The notes under the pieces: model-generated
Database searches by the model: none
What the model was told of the DNA's origin: nothing
The model's input: the letters and a program-made list of their open reading frames with translations, nothing else
Shown: piece after piece, positions 11,980 to 25,600 of the stretch
Layout of the letters: the number at the start of each line of letters is the position of its first letter
Position numbering within the stretch: the first letter of the stretch is position 1
NCBI GenBank assembly: GCA_951406725.2
Contig: OX597838.1
Location: forward strand, 20,212,001 to 20,276,000
Direction: 5' to 3'
Length of the DNA stretch: 64,000 bases
Origin: Octopus vulgaris
Lineage: Eukaryota
Translations under genes and position numbers: made by a program

Positions 11980-12885
11980 GGCGCTGAACCTGTTGCTCAG
12001 CTGGCTCTTCATTATTCTCTCTCAGTTTCACTCACACACACATACACACACACACATGCATGCACATACACACTCACGCACATACTACACACATACATTC
12101 TTTAACTTCTCTCGCGCTGTCTCTACCCCCACCTCCCCTTAAATACCAGCTTCATCTATCTCTCCGCGCGGCACATAAACTTGGCTTTCTGCAAGCTAGT
12201 TATTGCTATAAGCAATTATTAATTTCTAAATAGTCGTACTCCCTTTTTTCTTCCTTTTTTTTTAACCTTTGCTCTCTCTTTCGCTTGTTCTCCCCAAGGG
12301 CGCGCACACACATAGACGCACTTACACAAACATCTGCTTTCAAACTTTACACCTAAGTGTATGGTATGCACGAATATTTTTTCTTTGAAATTTATTCAAG
12401 CTTTATATATTTGCAGGATTCAAGCAAGCCGGTCACAAACCAGGCAACAAGGCCTTTTTGTTTTAAATCAAGACAACTCTTGGGGGCTGCTGGCTATATG
12501 AATTAGTTAATGTGTACATATGTACAGTACACCTTTTGTCACTATATTTCTTTAGAAAAATACTCTCTTTGTTTCAATGGATTATCAAAATAGAGAGGAA
12601 TTTAGTAAAATAACTGTCATTTTTTAAACTGGTGTCGAGGCAAAAATGAACCTGAAATTTGTTGGCAGGTTTTAATTTGGATCACTTTAAAATAGAGAAT
12701 TTATCTGATAGAAACAGAAGTCTCATGTGGCGAATTCCCGGATTTAGGGGGTCAAATGATACTCTATGTATGTAATGATTCCAAAGCATTGCTTTGTTTG
12801 GAGGGTGCCTATTACATTACTAAAACAGCCCTGTTTATGTGTGTGCATATGTAGATGTATGTATGCAAGTGTGTGTAAATATATA

Positions 12886-13284
12886 GGCGCAGGAGTGGCT
12901 GTGTGGTAAGTAGCTTGCTAACCAACCACATGGTTCCGGGTTCAGTCCCACTGCGTGGCATCTTGGGCAAGTGTCTTCTAGTATAGCCTCGGGCCGACCA
13001 ATGCCTTGTGAGTGGATTTGGTAGATGGAAACTGAAAGAAGCCTGTCGTATATATGTATATATATATATGTGTGTTTGTGTGTCTGTGTTTGTCCCCCTA
13101 GCATTGCTTGACAACCGATGCTGGTGTGTTTACGTCCCCGTCACTTAGCGGTTCAGCAAAAGGGACCAATAGAATAAGTACTGGGCTTACAAAGAATAAG
13201 CCCCGGGGTCGATTTGCTCGACTAAAAGGGGTGCTCCAGCATGGCTGCAGTCAAATGACTGAAACAAGTAAAAGAGTAAAGAGT
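12886..13284 (+). mobile_element. Full-length tRNA-derived SINE (CORE-like), the dominant family in the window
   Basis: A box TGGCTGTGTGG, B box GGTTCAGTCCC, CTTGGGCAAGTG core-like segment, internal (TA)n(TG)n, tail GGTGCTCCAGCATGGC..CAGTCAAATGACTGAAACAAGT. Confidence 0.85.
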
Positions 13285-13289
13285 ATATA

Positions 13290-13762
13290 ATCGAAATCAA
13301 ATTCGATGACTGGCATCTGTGCTAGTGGAGCGCTAAGAGTACCATACGAGCGTGATTGTTGCCAGAGCAACAAGCTGGACTCCGTGCTGGTGGCATGTAA
13401 AAAACACCATTCGAGTGTGATTGTTACCTGCATCACCTTACTGGCATTGTGCTGGTGGCACGTGAAAAAACATTCGAGCGAGGTCGTTGCCAGTGCGGCT
13501 GGACTGGCTCCTGTGCAGGTGGCACATAAAAAGCACCATTTGAGCGTGGCCGTTGCCAGTACCGCCTGACTGGCCCTCGTGCCAGTGGCACGTAAAAGCA
13601 CTCATTACACTCACGGAGTGGTTGGCGCTAAGAAGAGCATCCAGCTGTAGAAACTCTGCCAGATCAAGATTGGAGTCTGGTGCAGCCATCTGGTTTGCCA
13701 GTCCTCAATCAAGTCGTCCAACCCATGCCAGCATGGAAAGTGGACGTTAAATGATGATGATG
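13290..13762 (+). mobile_element. RTE-tail-related repeat ending (GAT)n; further copies/fragments at about 7580-7840(-), 18737-18930(-), 19676-19860(-), 20775-21300(-), 27230-27478(+), 28122-28420(-), 28824-29000(-), 29420-29880(+)
   Basis: Shared 3' motif ccaacccatgccagcatggaaagtggacgttaaatgatgatg. Confidence 0.7.
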
Positions 13763-14861
13763 GTTGCTACATGCTCCAGTTTTTTCAACAATGCAAAAGT
13801 GTACAGCTGAGATGGTCTCAACAGCTGGATGTCCTGCAGCTGCCACCACCAAGGAAAACATTAGTTGTGTTCACCACACGATGGATGACAAGTGATTGAC
13901 TATAAATCAAACGGCCAATGTTATTAACGCATTCCATGAAAGAGTTGAAAATATTTTTGCACAATGAATTTAGCATGGTGAAGGTTTTCTGTTCAGTAGG
14001 TACCACACCTTCTGAGACTTGATCAAAAGGGCACCAGGCAGATCACATCATGGGAAAATCTGGCATTGTTTGAGACAAATGCAGCTGGTTTTCTTGAACA
14101 TTTCCTAAATGTGTGTGTGTGTGTTGTGTGTGTGTTACTGTCTTATTACCTTGACTCCATGTGATAGTTGCAAATGAATGTCACTATCATGGAAGCAGTA
14201 TTATCCGCTTTTAATATTCCATAGAAGCACATCAGATCATGGGGTGGAATATACCCTTTCTTGGGAACAAGCAAGGGTCAGTGACAGGAAAGATATTCAG
14301 CCACAGAAAATCCGCCTCAGCAAATTATGTCCGACCCATGTAAGCCAGGAAAAAAAAAACGAACATAGAACAATGATGATGATGATGAAAATGACGAGCA
14401 CTTGCCTGAGGTATTTTTTCCCTAAGACACATTATTCACACACAATTTAGTCTCGCCCATCCTCCCCCCACCCCACCACCGCCATCACCAGTTTTAAAGT
14501 TTGGCATTTAATTTGACAGTGAGACAAAACAAGCCAGGCATTCATTACTGCAGAGTCAATTGTCACAAGTAATTGGCGTAGCAGCCACACAGTTGCAAAA
14601 CTGAAAGTGGATCAGAAAGCTTTTTTAGTCGGAGTTTTTGTGTAGGCTGGATTTTTATGCTGTAATTATTACAGAGACAATTTAATAGAGGCGCTCAGAA
14701 TTTCATTTATGTATCATAACAAAACAATACAGGGATGTTTCCTTTGTGTCTGTTTTCAATTATTTGTATTCTTTTTCTGGTTTTAGTCACTAAACAGCAG
14801 CTATACTGGAGCATTACTTTTTTAAGGATTTGGTGGTAGGTAGATTATACTGAATCCAGTC

Positions 14862-15040
14862 CCCTCTATGTTTAGCTGCTTCGTCTGTCCTCTCTATGTT
14901 TAGCCCCTTTGCCTGTCCTTGTTTGTTCCCTCTATGTTTAGCTCCTTTGCCTGTCCTTGTTTGTCCCCTCTATGTTTAGCCCCTTTGCCTGTCCTTGTTT
15001 GTCCCCTCTATGTTTAGCCCCTTTGCCTGTCCTTGTTTGT
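14862..15040. repeat. ~37-bp tandem repeat derived from the tail of the Meta-like SINE
   Basis: CCTGTCCTTGTTTGTCCCCTCTATGTTTAGCCCCTTTG, about 4-5 copies. Confidence 0.85.
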
Positions 15041-15045
15041 CTTAG

Positions 15046-17056
15046 TAAGTAGGAGAGCAGACAAATCACAAATCCCTTCAGGTAGATGGCCCTGCTCTAT
15101 CTGTAGAAAAGGTGTAGGTATTAACTCCATAAAATGTGCCTGGTGTAAGCTACAGACATATAAGAGGTGCAACAATATCAGAGGAAAGTTAACGGAAAAT
15201 AGTTTTTGTTTGTGGGAGGTGCACAGGTACAATTAACACCTAAAATGTACAGAAAATAGACTCCATCAAATGCCAGGGGGTAAAACTAGAAGTACTTGAT
15301 AGTTTCTGTTACCAAGGTGACCAAGTCAGTAGTGGAGGCGGATGCTCCGAGAGAGTGACTGCTAGAATAAGAATAGGTTGGACGAAGTTCAGAGAGCTCC
15401 TACCTCTGTTGGTAACAAAGGGCTTCGCCCTCAGAGTGGAAGGCAGATTGTACAATGCCTGTGTGCGAACAGCCATGCTACACAGCAGTGAAACATGGAC
15501 TGTGACTGCTATGGACATGCAAAGGTTTGAAAGAAATGAAGATAGTATGCTTCAGTGGATGTGCAATGTCAGTGTGCATGTATGACAGTGTAATGTATTG
15601 AGAGAAAAGTTGGGCACAAGTGGCATCAGATGTGGTGCACAAGAGATGACTGCACTGTCATATGGTCATGTGATGCGTATGGACAAGGACAGCTGAGTGA
15701 CAATGTGCTGATCTCTAACTGTGGAGGGAACCTGTGGAAGAGGTAGGCCCAAGAAGACATAGGACGAGATGGTAAAGCAGGATCTTCAAATGTTAGGCCT
15801 CATGGAGGCAATGATAAGCGACTGAGACCTTTGGTGATATGCCATGCTTGAGAAGACCCGCCAAGTCAACAGAAATTGCAGTCACGGCTGATGCCAGTGT
15901 TGCAATAACTGCCACTCATGCTGGTGGCATGTGAAAAAGCACCCTTTGAATGTGGGTGACATGCTGTGCTTGAGAAGACCCATCATGCCAAGTGAAACCA
16001 TAGTTGTGTAGCCAATGCCAGCATTGCATAACTGGCATCCATGCTGGTGGAATGTAAAAAGCACCTTTCGAATGCTGGGCCTCATGGAGGCAATGATAAG
16101 CGACTGAGACCTTTGGTGATACGCCATGCTTGAGAAGACCCGTCAAGTCAACAGAAATTGCAGTCACGGGTAATGCCAGTGTTGCAATAACTGCCACTCA
16201 TGCTGGTAGCATGTAAAAAGCACCCATTGAATGTGGGTGACATGCTGTGCTTGAGAAGACCCATCATGCCAAGTGAAATCATAGTTGTGTAGCCAATGCC
16301 AGCATTGCATAACTGGCACCCATGCTGGTGGACTGTAAAATGCACTCTTTGAACTTTGGGTTTCACAGAGGCAGGGAGAAGTGACTGAGACCTTTGGCAA
16401 TATATCATGCTTCAGAAGACCCGCCAAGCCAAGTGAGTCCATAGTTGTGGCTGATGGCGGTGTTTTGTAACTGGTACCTATGCTGGTGGCACTTAGAAAG
16501 CACCCACTACCCTCTTGGAGTGGTTGGTGTTAGGAAGGGCATCCAGTTATAGAAACCATACCAATCCAGATAAGAACCTGGTGTGGGGAATGTTGGGCAG
16601 CTCCCCAGCCTAACAGTTTCCAGTCAAACAATGCAAAATACATTGTGACCAGCGATGGTGTAACATCTAATAGCCTGGTTGGTCATGTGATGTGTGTGTG
16701 TGTATGTACTGTTGTTCTGAAATTATGTAATAGTTGTAAACAAGCATACAAACAACGTTCTTCATTTCCAGTCTTCTCTAGAACATGTCTGGCCATGGGA
16801 GACTGATAAGGGTGGTGAACAACCTCAACAAATTCTGCCTGACCTATGCAACCATGGAAATATAGAATGTAGGTGTATATATATATAGCACGTAAAAGCA
16901 CCCACTACACTCTCGGAGTGGTTGGCATTAGGAAGGGCATCCAGCTGTAGAAACTCTGCCAGATCAGATTGGAGGCTGGTGCAGCCATCTGGTTTGCCAG
17001 TCCTCAGTCAAATCGTCCAATCCATGCTAGCATGGAAAACGATGATGATGATGATG
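15046..17056 (+). mobile_element. Decayed 3' part of an RTE-clade LINE with internally duplicated 3' UTR and (GAT)n tail
   Basis: Fragments WPCSICRKGVGINSIKC and ARIRIGWTKFRELLPLL..GRLYNACVRTAMLHSSETW with stops and frameshifts; ~300-bp direct repeats 15790-16450; tail gcatggaaa..gatgatgatg. Confidence 0.8.
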
Positions 17057-17063
17057 GTGATAA

Positions 17064-17098
<35 letters not shown>

Positions 17099-17601
17099 TA
17101 TGTTGGATGTCAAAGTGATCACACAGCAACTTAATGTAAAGTATTTTGCTCAAGAATAACACACTGTCTGGTCTGGGAAGTGAAACCATGATCTCCCAAT
17201 CATGAGTGTAACATCTTAACCACTTGGCCATGTGCCTTTATTCAATAAACTGATAAAATCCAAATAATTAGAAAATTTTAAAAATCACTTCTGATGTTTA
17301 AAGTCTGAAAAACAAAACCCATTTAAGGGAGATAACTCGTATAACATCAATTGATAGAAATTTTTGGACAAGACAGACGACAGATTGGCGCCAACTAGTA
17401 AAAATAACAGACATATTTCAGTGTTATTAGACCTTTTTAGCAAAGCAATATTTGTGGCAAAGGCAATACTGAAGACTGACGATTTCTCTAAAGCTCTCAA
17501 AATGTCATTCTATAGTTGCAGGGACCTGTTAGAGATAGTTCGTCTGTGTGTAAGGATACCAGTAATTCTAACAAAAACTCCAGTAACTGTTTAATATTCT
17601 A

Positions 17602-17607
17602 TTTATT
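17602..17607 (-). terminator. Candidate eIF3m polyadenylation signal AATAAA (distal alternative at 17242-17237)
   Basis: tttatt on + strand about 130 nt past the stop codon. Confidence 0.5.
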
Positions 17608-17738
17608 CAATAATCCCATTAATATTACAACATACATTTTCTGTTTTTCATTGCCTGGAAGAGACTGATGATGGCTGGCAATCTCTTTCGTCTCTCATGT
17701 ACATTTTTCTTGTTTTTTTTCCTTTTCTCTTCCTTCCT

Positions 17739-17929
17739 TTACATCTTTTGTTCAGCACTCAGTGACTGGAGATTGTTACCAACTTCCTGTAGGTTCAACT
17801 GCCACTGGAGCAAGTACTGACGTAACATCTGCCAATGTGCCCGACTAAATGTCCGGTGAATGGTCGAGTTGACCAACACTTTTTTCTGCATTTGGTCAAT
17901 TTTAGCACGGACAGCTTTTGTCTTGAGTA
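17739..17929 (-). CDS. EIF3M: eIF3m last coding exon
   Basis: poly-T tract ctag|TA CTC AAG...ATG TAA, 191 nt. Confidence 0.95.
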
Positions 17930-20900
17930 CTAGAAAAAAAAAAAAAAAGGGAAAAAAAAATATATACATTTCTCAAGATTGTTGGATTTTGGCACTAGAT
18001 TAATAGGTTCGTGTTATGCTAGTGGTCTAACTACCAAAGGCCATAGATATGAATTACACTGGGTAACACAATTTTTGTCCTTGGGTAACAGCTGTTATTT
18101 CCTATTTGCTTAGAAAATATGAAAAATGGTTAATATTTCCTTTTATGACATTTATTCAAACCCCAAAGAATCCTCCTCAAGACATGACTATTATGCTTCT
18201 CCACTACACCTGCTCATCATCAGTCAGAGATGCACATATTGTCAGCCACTAAGGGACATGCTCAAGTGGTTAAGGTCAAGCAACTGACAATCAAATCTGT
18301 GCTATTGAGCAGAATATTCGCCATAATGATATATATATATATATATATATTACATACATATATATATATACATACACACACATATATCTGCACACTTTAT
18401 TGGTCTATGTAAACTAAAATGAAATTAAAGATATTCCACTCTTATGAGTACGGAAAATTGATATAAAAAAAAATCTCACCGTCAATGATGAAGTCCTCAA
18501 CTTTGTCAGCATCCAGTTGTAGTTCTCGTTGGATTTGATAAAAATCAATTTCTCTTCTGTTCTCACACATCTGCATAAATGTTAGCAAACGCATCTTACG
18601 AATGTTGTTTTCATGTGACAAACCTGCAAGTGGAGGAAGATAACAACACCTGCATCAAATGTCAATACGTCATGTTTGAATCTATACTTTTGAAGAGAGG
18701 GCCTTTCAGGATCAAGTCTTCAGTGAGGGGTTAACTCATCATCATCATTTAACCTGTGTTCCATGGATTGGTTGGTTTAACAGGGTCCAACATGTCCAAG
18801 GATTACACTGAGCTCCAATGTTTTTGCTTGACATGGCTTCTAACGCTGGATGCCCTTCCTAATGCCAACCACTTTACAGAGTGGACCAGGTGCTGTTTCT
18901 GTGCCACCTGTACTACTGAGGTTGCCATGTAGCTCGCAGAACTATAAACTCTGGGGAAGGTCAACTTCATACTAGGGAACGAGGGGATTGCAATGAAATG
19001 GGAAGGGGACAGAGCAGGGTCTAGTCAAGGAAGAGGAGAAATTTTCCAGATCTTGTTTGGTTAGTTTTTCAGTTCAGTTTCACTGACCCACCACAATACA
19101 CCAAACTACACAAACTGCATACAACAATGACAATAAAACGATTAAGATCAAACTTACCGATTGAGTTGATGAAGTCTGTATTTTTAGCATAAAAGGTTTT
19201 GTATTTGGCAAGTTTCTCTGTTACAAAAATGGTTAGCAACTGTGAAAACAAGACATGAATAGTGGTGAACATTTGCTCTAACGATTCACACTGGGTAAAC
19301 ATACATAAAGGTAGATCACAGTCATCCTGTTTATAGCACAACTATGACATGTAGAGGGACATTGAAATTTTTAACCATGAGACATGATCCATTGGTCATT
19401 CAGTTAACTTGGTTGGCTGAACCACTGACCTAACCATCATCATCATTTAACCCTTTAGTATTTAAACCGGCCATATCCGGCCCAAATATTCTACTTGTTC
19501 TATGTTCAAACCGGCCAGATCTGGCTTTGCACACTTATCCTACAATGTCATTCTAAGAATAAGCAGTCACATCCTCAAAATTTCAGTGCCATGATGCTTT
19601 TGCATGATTAATTCAAACCAATTTGATTACATAAGCATTACATTTGACAGAATAATCTGAATACTAAAGGGTTAATGTCCACTTTCCATGCTGGCATAGG
19701 TTGGACAGCTTGATAGGAGCTGGCAAGGCCAGGGGCTGCACTTGGTTCCATAGTCTGCTTGGCTTGGTTTCTACAGCTGGGTGCCCTGCCTAACACCAAC
19801 CACTTTACAGAGTGTACTGGGTGCTTTTTGCATGGTCCTATCAGCAGTGCTTTTTACGTGGCAGAGCAATATCCTGTGTCCATACAGAACTGCTGGATTA
19901 TGAGCCACACAAATCTGATAACAAAAAGGGTTTCTGCTTTCATTGTTTGAAAGCTTACTGGCAATAACAGCAACTCCAGGTTTTGAAATAAACATGTATT
20001 CCAATAAAATCATTCTCTCAAGCAGTGAAAGATCACTAAACAAAGAAAAATGGTAAGTAAAAATATTTGTGATGAATGTGGGGAAGACAAGGCTTACATC
20101 ATGGATGAGTTCTCCTTCTAAGAACTTGACAGGTTTGAGTGTAAGAAGATGATCCATGAGGAAGGTACCAGGGTCAGCTAAACATGTGACAATACATCTG
20201 AAAGGGAATACAGAAAATGTTATATGTGCATCTATAAATATTATATGTGTGTGTAGGCTGTTTTAATGTCAATGATGAAACTGGTTACAGATTACGAAAC
20301 AGCTGTCAACAAATGGAATAAATATTTCATTTCTCATTTCTCTGAATTTGGGTCAATTCTATAATATATATGAAGAGAGAAAAAACACTGATATATACAT
20401 TCTTAATTTGCTATGGTGAATATTCAAGGTTCCAAAGGTAGCGAGCTGGGCAAAATTCTTAGCAGTATTTTGTCTGTCTTTATATTCTGAGTTCAAATGC
20501 CACCAAGGTTGACCTTGCTTGTCATCCTTTCGGGGTCGATAAAATAAATACCAGCTGAGCACTGGGGTTGATGTACTGAGCTTAGTCCCCCCCATCCCAA
20601 ATGGCTAACCTAGTGCCAAAATTTGAAATCAATATTAGGAGAGGCATTAAGGGGGTGAACTGGCAGAATTGCTAGCACACTGGACAAAATGCTCAGTGGC
20701 ATTTCATCTGTCTTTACGTTTTGAGTTCAAACGCCACAGAGGTTAACTTGGTTGGCTGAACCATTGAACTAAGCACCATCATTTAATGTCTACTTTCTAT
20801 GCTGGCATGGGTTGGACAGCTTGATGGGAGCTGGCAAGGCCAGGGGTTGCACTTGGCTCCATAGTCTGCTTTCGGCTTGATGCCCTTCCCTAACACCAAC

Positions 20901-22587
20901 CACTTTACAGAGTGTACTGGGTGCTTTTTACGTGGCACTATCACCAGCCCTTTTTACATGGCATCATCGCTGGTGCTTTTTATACGGCACCATCTGCAGT
21001 ACTTTTAATGTGGAACCACCACCAGTTGTTTTTACATGGCATCATTGCTGGTGGTGTTCATGTGGCACCATCATTAGTGCATTTTATACGGCACCAACAT
21101 TGGTGCTTTTTGCACGGCACTATCAGCATTGCTTTTCATGTGGCACCATCAGCAGTGCTTTTTATGTGGCACCACCACCAGTGCTTTTTACATGGCATCA
21201 TCGCTGGTGCTTTTCATGTAGCACCATCACCAGTCCTTTTTACATAGCGCTATGAGCAGTGCTTTTCATGCGGCACCATCATCAGTGCTTTTTACTTTGA
21301 CACTCATCCTTTTGGGATGTAGAGAAATGTAGTGAAATTTTCCATCATGGAACATGATCCATTGGCTGAATCAATGACCTAACCATCATCATCATTATCA
21401 TCATTTAATGTCTGCTTTCTATGCTGGCATCAGTTTGATGGTTTGACTGGAGCTGGAGAGTTGCACCAGGTTCAATAGTCTGTTTGGGTTTGGTTTCTGC
21501 TGCCGCATGCCCTTCCTCATGCCAACCACTTATGTGACACCTGGGGCTGAACGACAACCATCCTATCAACTCAGTCAGACATGTACTCTACAGAGGGAGC
21601 TCAATCTGCCAGAAACAGCAGCTAAAGGCGGCGAGCTGGCAGAAACGTTAGCACACCGGACGAAATGCTTAGCAGTATTTCATCTGCCGTTACGTTCTGA
21701 GTTCAAATTCCGCCGAGGTCGACTTTGCCTTTCATCCTTTCGGGGTCGATAAATTAAGTACCAGTTACGCACTGGGGTCGATGTAATCAACTTAATCTGT
21801 TTGTCCTCTCTGTGTTTAGCTCCTTGTGGGTAGTAAAGAAATAAGAAACACCAGCTAAATCTCTATCAACTCACACTTTGATGTCTTAAGAAGAGAAGAC
21901 AAATACGAGACAACTGTTTGGAATACCTTTGACTACAGGTGTGTTGCTGGCTTGAGGCTAAACAACCAGAGGAGATGAGAGAAAGATAATTAGATAGATA
22001 GATAGATAGATAGATAGAGAGAGAGGGAGAGAGAGAAAAGCTTCTAGTATTTACCTGTGAGCGTCTTCTCTGGCCTGGGATGCATTATCTTCAGTGTAAG
22101 TTCCCAGGAGTTCAATCATTACTTTTGTAGCAGTGTCACTGTAAATAGAACCAACATTAGCCATTGCAATGTTTTGTGGTGGCACATCTCAACACACACA
22201 AGCAAAGAATGGTGGGGGAGGGGGAATTTAAAATAATGGTGAATACTGGAGACACTGCATGGCACCTTGGGCAAGTGTCTTCTACTATAGCCTAGGGCCG
22301 ACCAAAGCCTTGCGAGCGGATTTGGTAGATGGAAACTGAAAGAAGTCCATCGTATATATATATAATCACATAAGTACGTATGTATGTTTGTGTGTCTGTG
22401 TTTGTCTCCCCAACATCGCTTGACAACCAATGCTGGTGTGTTTACGTCCCCGTCACTTAGCGGTTCGGCAAGAGAGACCGATAGAATAAGTACTAGGCTT
22501 ACACAGAATAAGTCCTGGGGTCGATTTGCATGACTAAAGGCGGTGCTCCAGCATGGCCACAGTCAAATGAATGAAACAAATAAAAGA

Positions 22588-22631
<44 letters not shown>

Positions 22632-25600
22632 TGGACTTCAGTTTCTACCTAACAAATCCACTCACAAGGCTTTGGTTGGTCTGGAAGCTATAGCTAAAGG
22701 CACTTGCCATGCAGTGGGACTGAACCCAGAACTATGTGGTTGGGAAGCAAACTTCTTACCAAAAAGCCACTTAATTTCTTGCATGAGTAAATATGGTAGA
22801 CATTGAAAAGTGAGAAAGCGTGATTTTTCACTTTTCCAAATAATGAAATTCTCACTTGTGTTTGTGTTGGCATTCATTCAGGACAATTTAATTCCATCAC
22901 ATCACAAACGAATGCTGACCATGCCTGGCAATCACAAGCCCAGCGCTTTTGTTACTGTATTTCTGTTTAAATACACTTTGTCTCAGTTAATCTTGGAAAT
23001 AACGATGAATTTAGTAAAACAACTGTTTTTATTTATCTAGTGTTAGAAACATAAATTAAGAGGTATGGGCATGGCTGTGTGGTAAGTAGCTTGCTTACCA
23101 ACCACATGGTTCCAGGTTCTGCCCCACTGTTTGGCACCTTAGGCAAGTGTCTTCTACTATAGCCTCGGGCCGATCAAAGTCTTGTGAGTGGATTTGATAT
23201 ATGGAAACTGAAAGAAGCCTGTTGTATATGTATCCTCCAGGATGATTTAATTCCACCACATCACAAACGAATGCTGACCATGCAGTGGGACTGAACCCGG
23301 AACCATGCCTTGTACAAACCAGAACCTGCTGCCAAGTAGTATTGGTCCCTTTTATATAAAACAGTGTTGTGTTTCATGCCCGTAACTTAATGGCTTGGCA
23401 CAAGAAACTGACAGAATAAATACCAGGCTTAAAAAAAAAAAATTCAAGGTGATGCTCCAGCATGGCCACAGTCTAATGACAGAAACAGGTAAAAGATAAA
23501 AGATAACATGCAATTTTGATGTGTCGAATGACTGAGAGTGGTCTCAGGTGGGTTGGCATTAAGAGGATTAACATGGAGAACATCAGCCAGCTGCATTTCC
23601 AACTGGAGATGCCTTATATAAAAGGGACCAAATAGTGATCCTTTACCACTTGATGTTAATCGAAGGAAATGGTCGACTCACCTCATTTTGGCATCAAAGA
23701 CAGCATCATGAAGCATACGCAGCAAGATCTGGTTTTTTGCTACTGGTAAGTTCCACATTGCCATCCAAGATTTCACCTGAAGACAAAGAATTTTTAAGTG
23801 TAAAGCATATCATGAAATAAAGCATCTTTACTAAGAACAAGGATCTCTAACACTAGAAGAAGGCCACAGAGGAAGAGGCTACCGTTAATTAAATTAATCC
23901 CACTATTTCACTGATATTCTCTTGTATTCGCTGCTGGAAATATGATAAGCAACACTGACTCTAGTATATTTATTAGTTTCAAATTTTGGCACAATGCCAG
24001 GAATTTTGGGGGAGGCACTAAGTCAATTATATTGACCCTAGTACTTAACTGGTACGTATTTTATTGAACTCGAAAATGATGAAAGGCAAAGTCGACCTCG
24101 GCAGAATATGAACTCAGAATGTAAAGATGGACAAAATACCACTAAGCATTTTGCCCACGGCCTTAATGATAATAATAATAATTCCAAATTTTGGCACAAG
24201 GCCAGGAATTTCAGGGGAGGCACTAAGTCTATTATATTGACCCCAGTACTCAACTGGTACTTATTTTATCGATCTTGAAAGGGAGGAAAGACAAAGTCAA
24301 CCATGGTGGAATTTGAACACAGAATGGGCAAAATAACAAAATACTGCTAAAGATTTTGCCCGATGTGCCAACGGTTCTGCCAGTTTGCCAGCTTACTCTA
24401 CTATTCTTTTATTTCTTTTTACTTGTCTCAGTCATTTGACAGTGGCCATGCTGGAGAACCACCTTTAGTTGAAAAAATTGGCGCCCAGAACATATTCTTT
24501 GTAAGCCTAGTACTTATTCTATTATGGTTCTTTTGCCAAACCACTAAGTTATGGGGACAAACACATACACATATATACGACGGGCTTCTTTCTGTTTTGG
24601 TCTACCAAATCCACTCACAAGGCTTTGGTCAGCCTGAGACTATAGTAGAAGACACTTGCCCAAGGTGTCACGCAGTGGGACTGAACCCGGAACCATGTGA
24701 TTGGCAAGCAAGCTACTTACCGCACAACCACTCCTGTGCCTTTATAACAAAACTAATTCTTTGCACCAAATTAGATATCCATCCTGTCACAGATAGACCT
24801 CCCCACAACAAGAGGAATTGCATTTACCACTGCAAGACATTTAGCAACTCTATAGTGTTATGACACTGGCTGCAACAATGAACTCTATCATTGGTCTCAG
24901 CAGTAGCCATATTAAAATACGGGCAAGTGTTGGTGTTTAAAGGGATAACTTAAGCACAGGTGTGGCTGTGTGGTAAGAAGCTTGCTTCCCAACCTTATAG
25001 TCCTGGGTTCAATCCTACTGTGTAGCACCTTGGGTAAGTGCCTTCTACTATAGCCTCAGGCTGACCAAGCCCTTGTAAGTGGATTTGGTAGACAGAAACT
25101 GAAACAAGCCAATTGTGTATATGTGTGTGTGTGTGTATATATATATATATGTGTGTATATACAAATTGAGATAGAGGTTGTAAATGCAACCCTCCATGGG
25201 ATAACATATATCCAATATACTGCTAGTGAAGTACCCAACAAAGTTAATACATAAATGTTAAGGATTGCGATGCAATCAATTCATTTACTGTATTATATGG
25301 GCAAAGGTAAAATGATTTACCACAAATTACTAATACAAGATAAGAAAATGGAGAAATACATCTAAATCAAATATCAATTACCAGATAATACTCAATCACA
25401 TACTTTATTAAACCACCACATAAGAGACTATAGGGTTAAACATAAAAAAGTGTACATAAAAGAGTGATGTTGTATAATAAGTAGAATAATATATATATAA
25501 AAAAGAGAATATACATATAAGTATATATATATATATATATATCTGTGTATCTCTTTGTGTCTGTGCCTGTTTTCTACCACTTCTTGATAACTGGTGTTAG

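Noticed and set aside
17985-18110. Possible H/ACA snoRNA in eIF3m intron 9 (CACTAG/CTAGTG hairpin, terminal ACA)
   Set aside because: No valid ANANNA H box or second hairpin found
18706-18742. C/D-box snoRNA-like ATGATGA...CTGA...CTGA in eIF3m intron 8
   Set aside because: Only ~40 nt long, and the C box is the (GAT)n tail of an RTE-related repeat
20925-21295. CRISPR-like short repeats
   Set aside because: No unique spacers, eukaryotic context, no cas genes; a simple minisatellite
24363-24863. Recurring peptide [28 protein letters not shown] in many ORFs, resembling a gene family
   Set aside because: It is the antisense translation of the dominant SINE; copies are freely frameshifted
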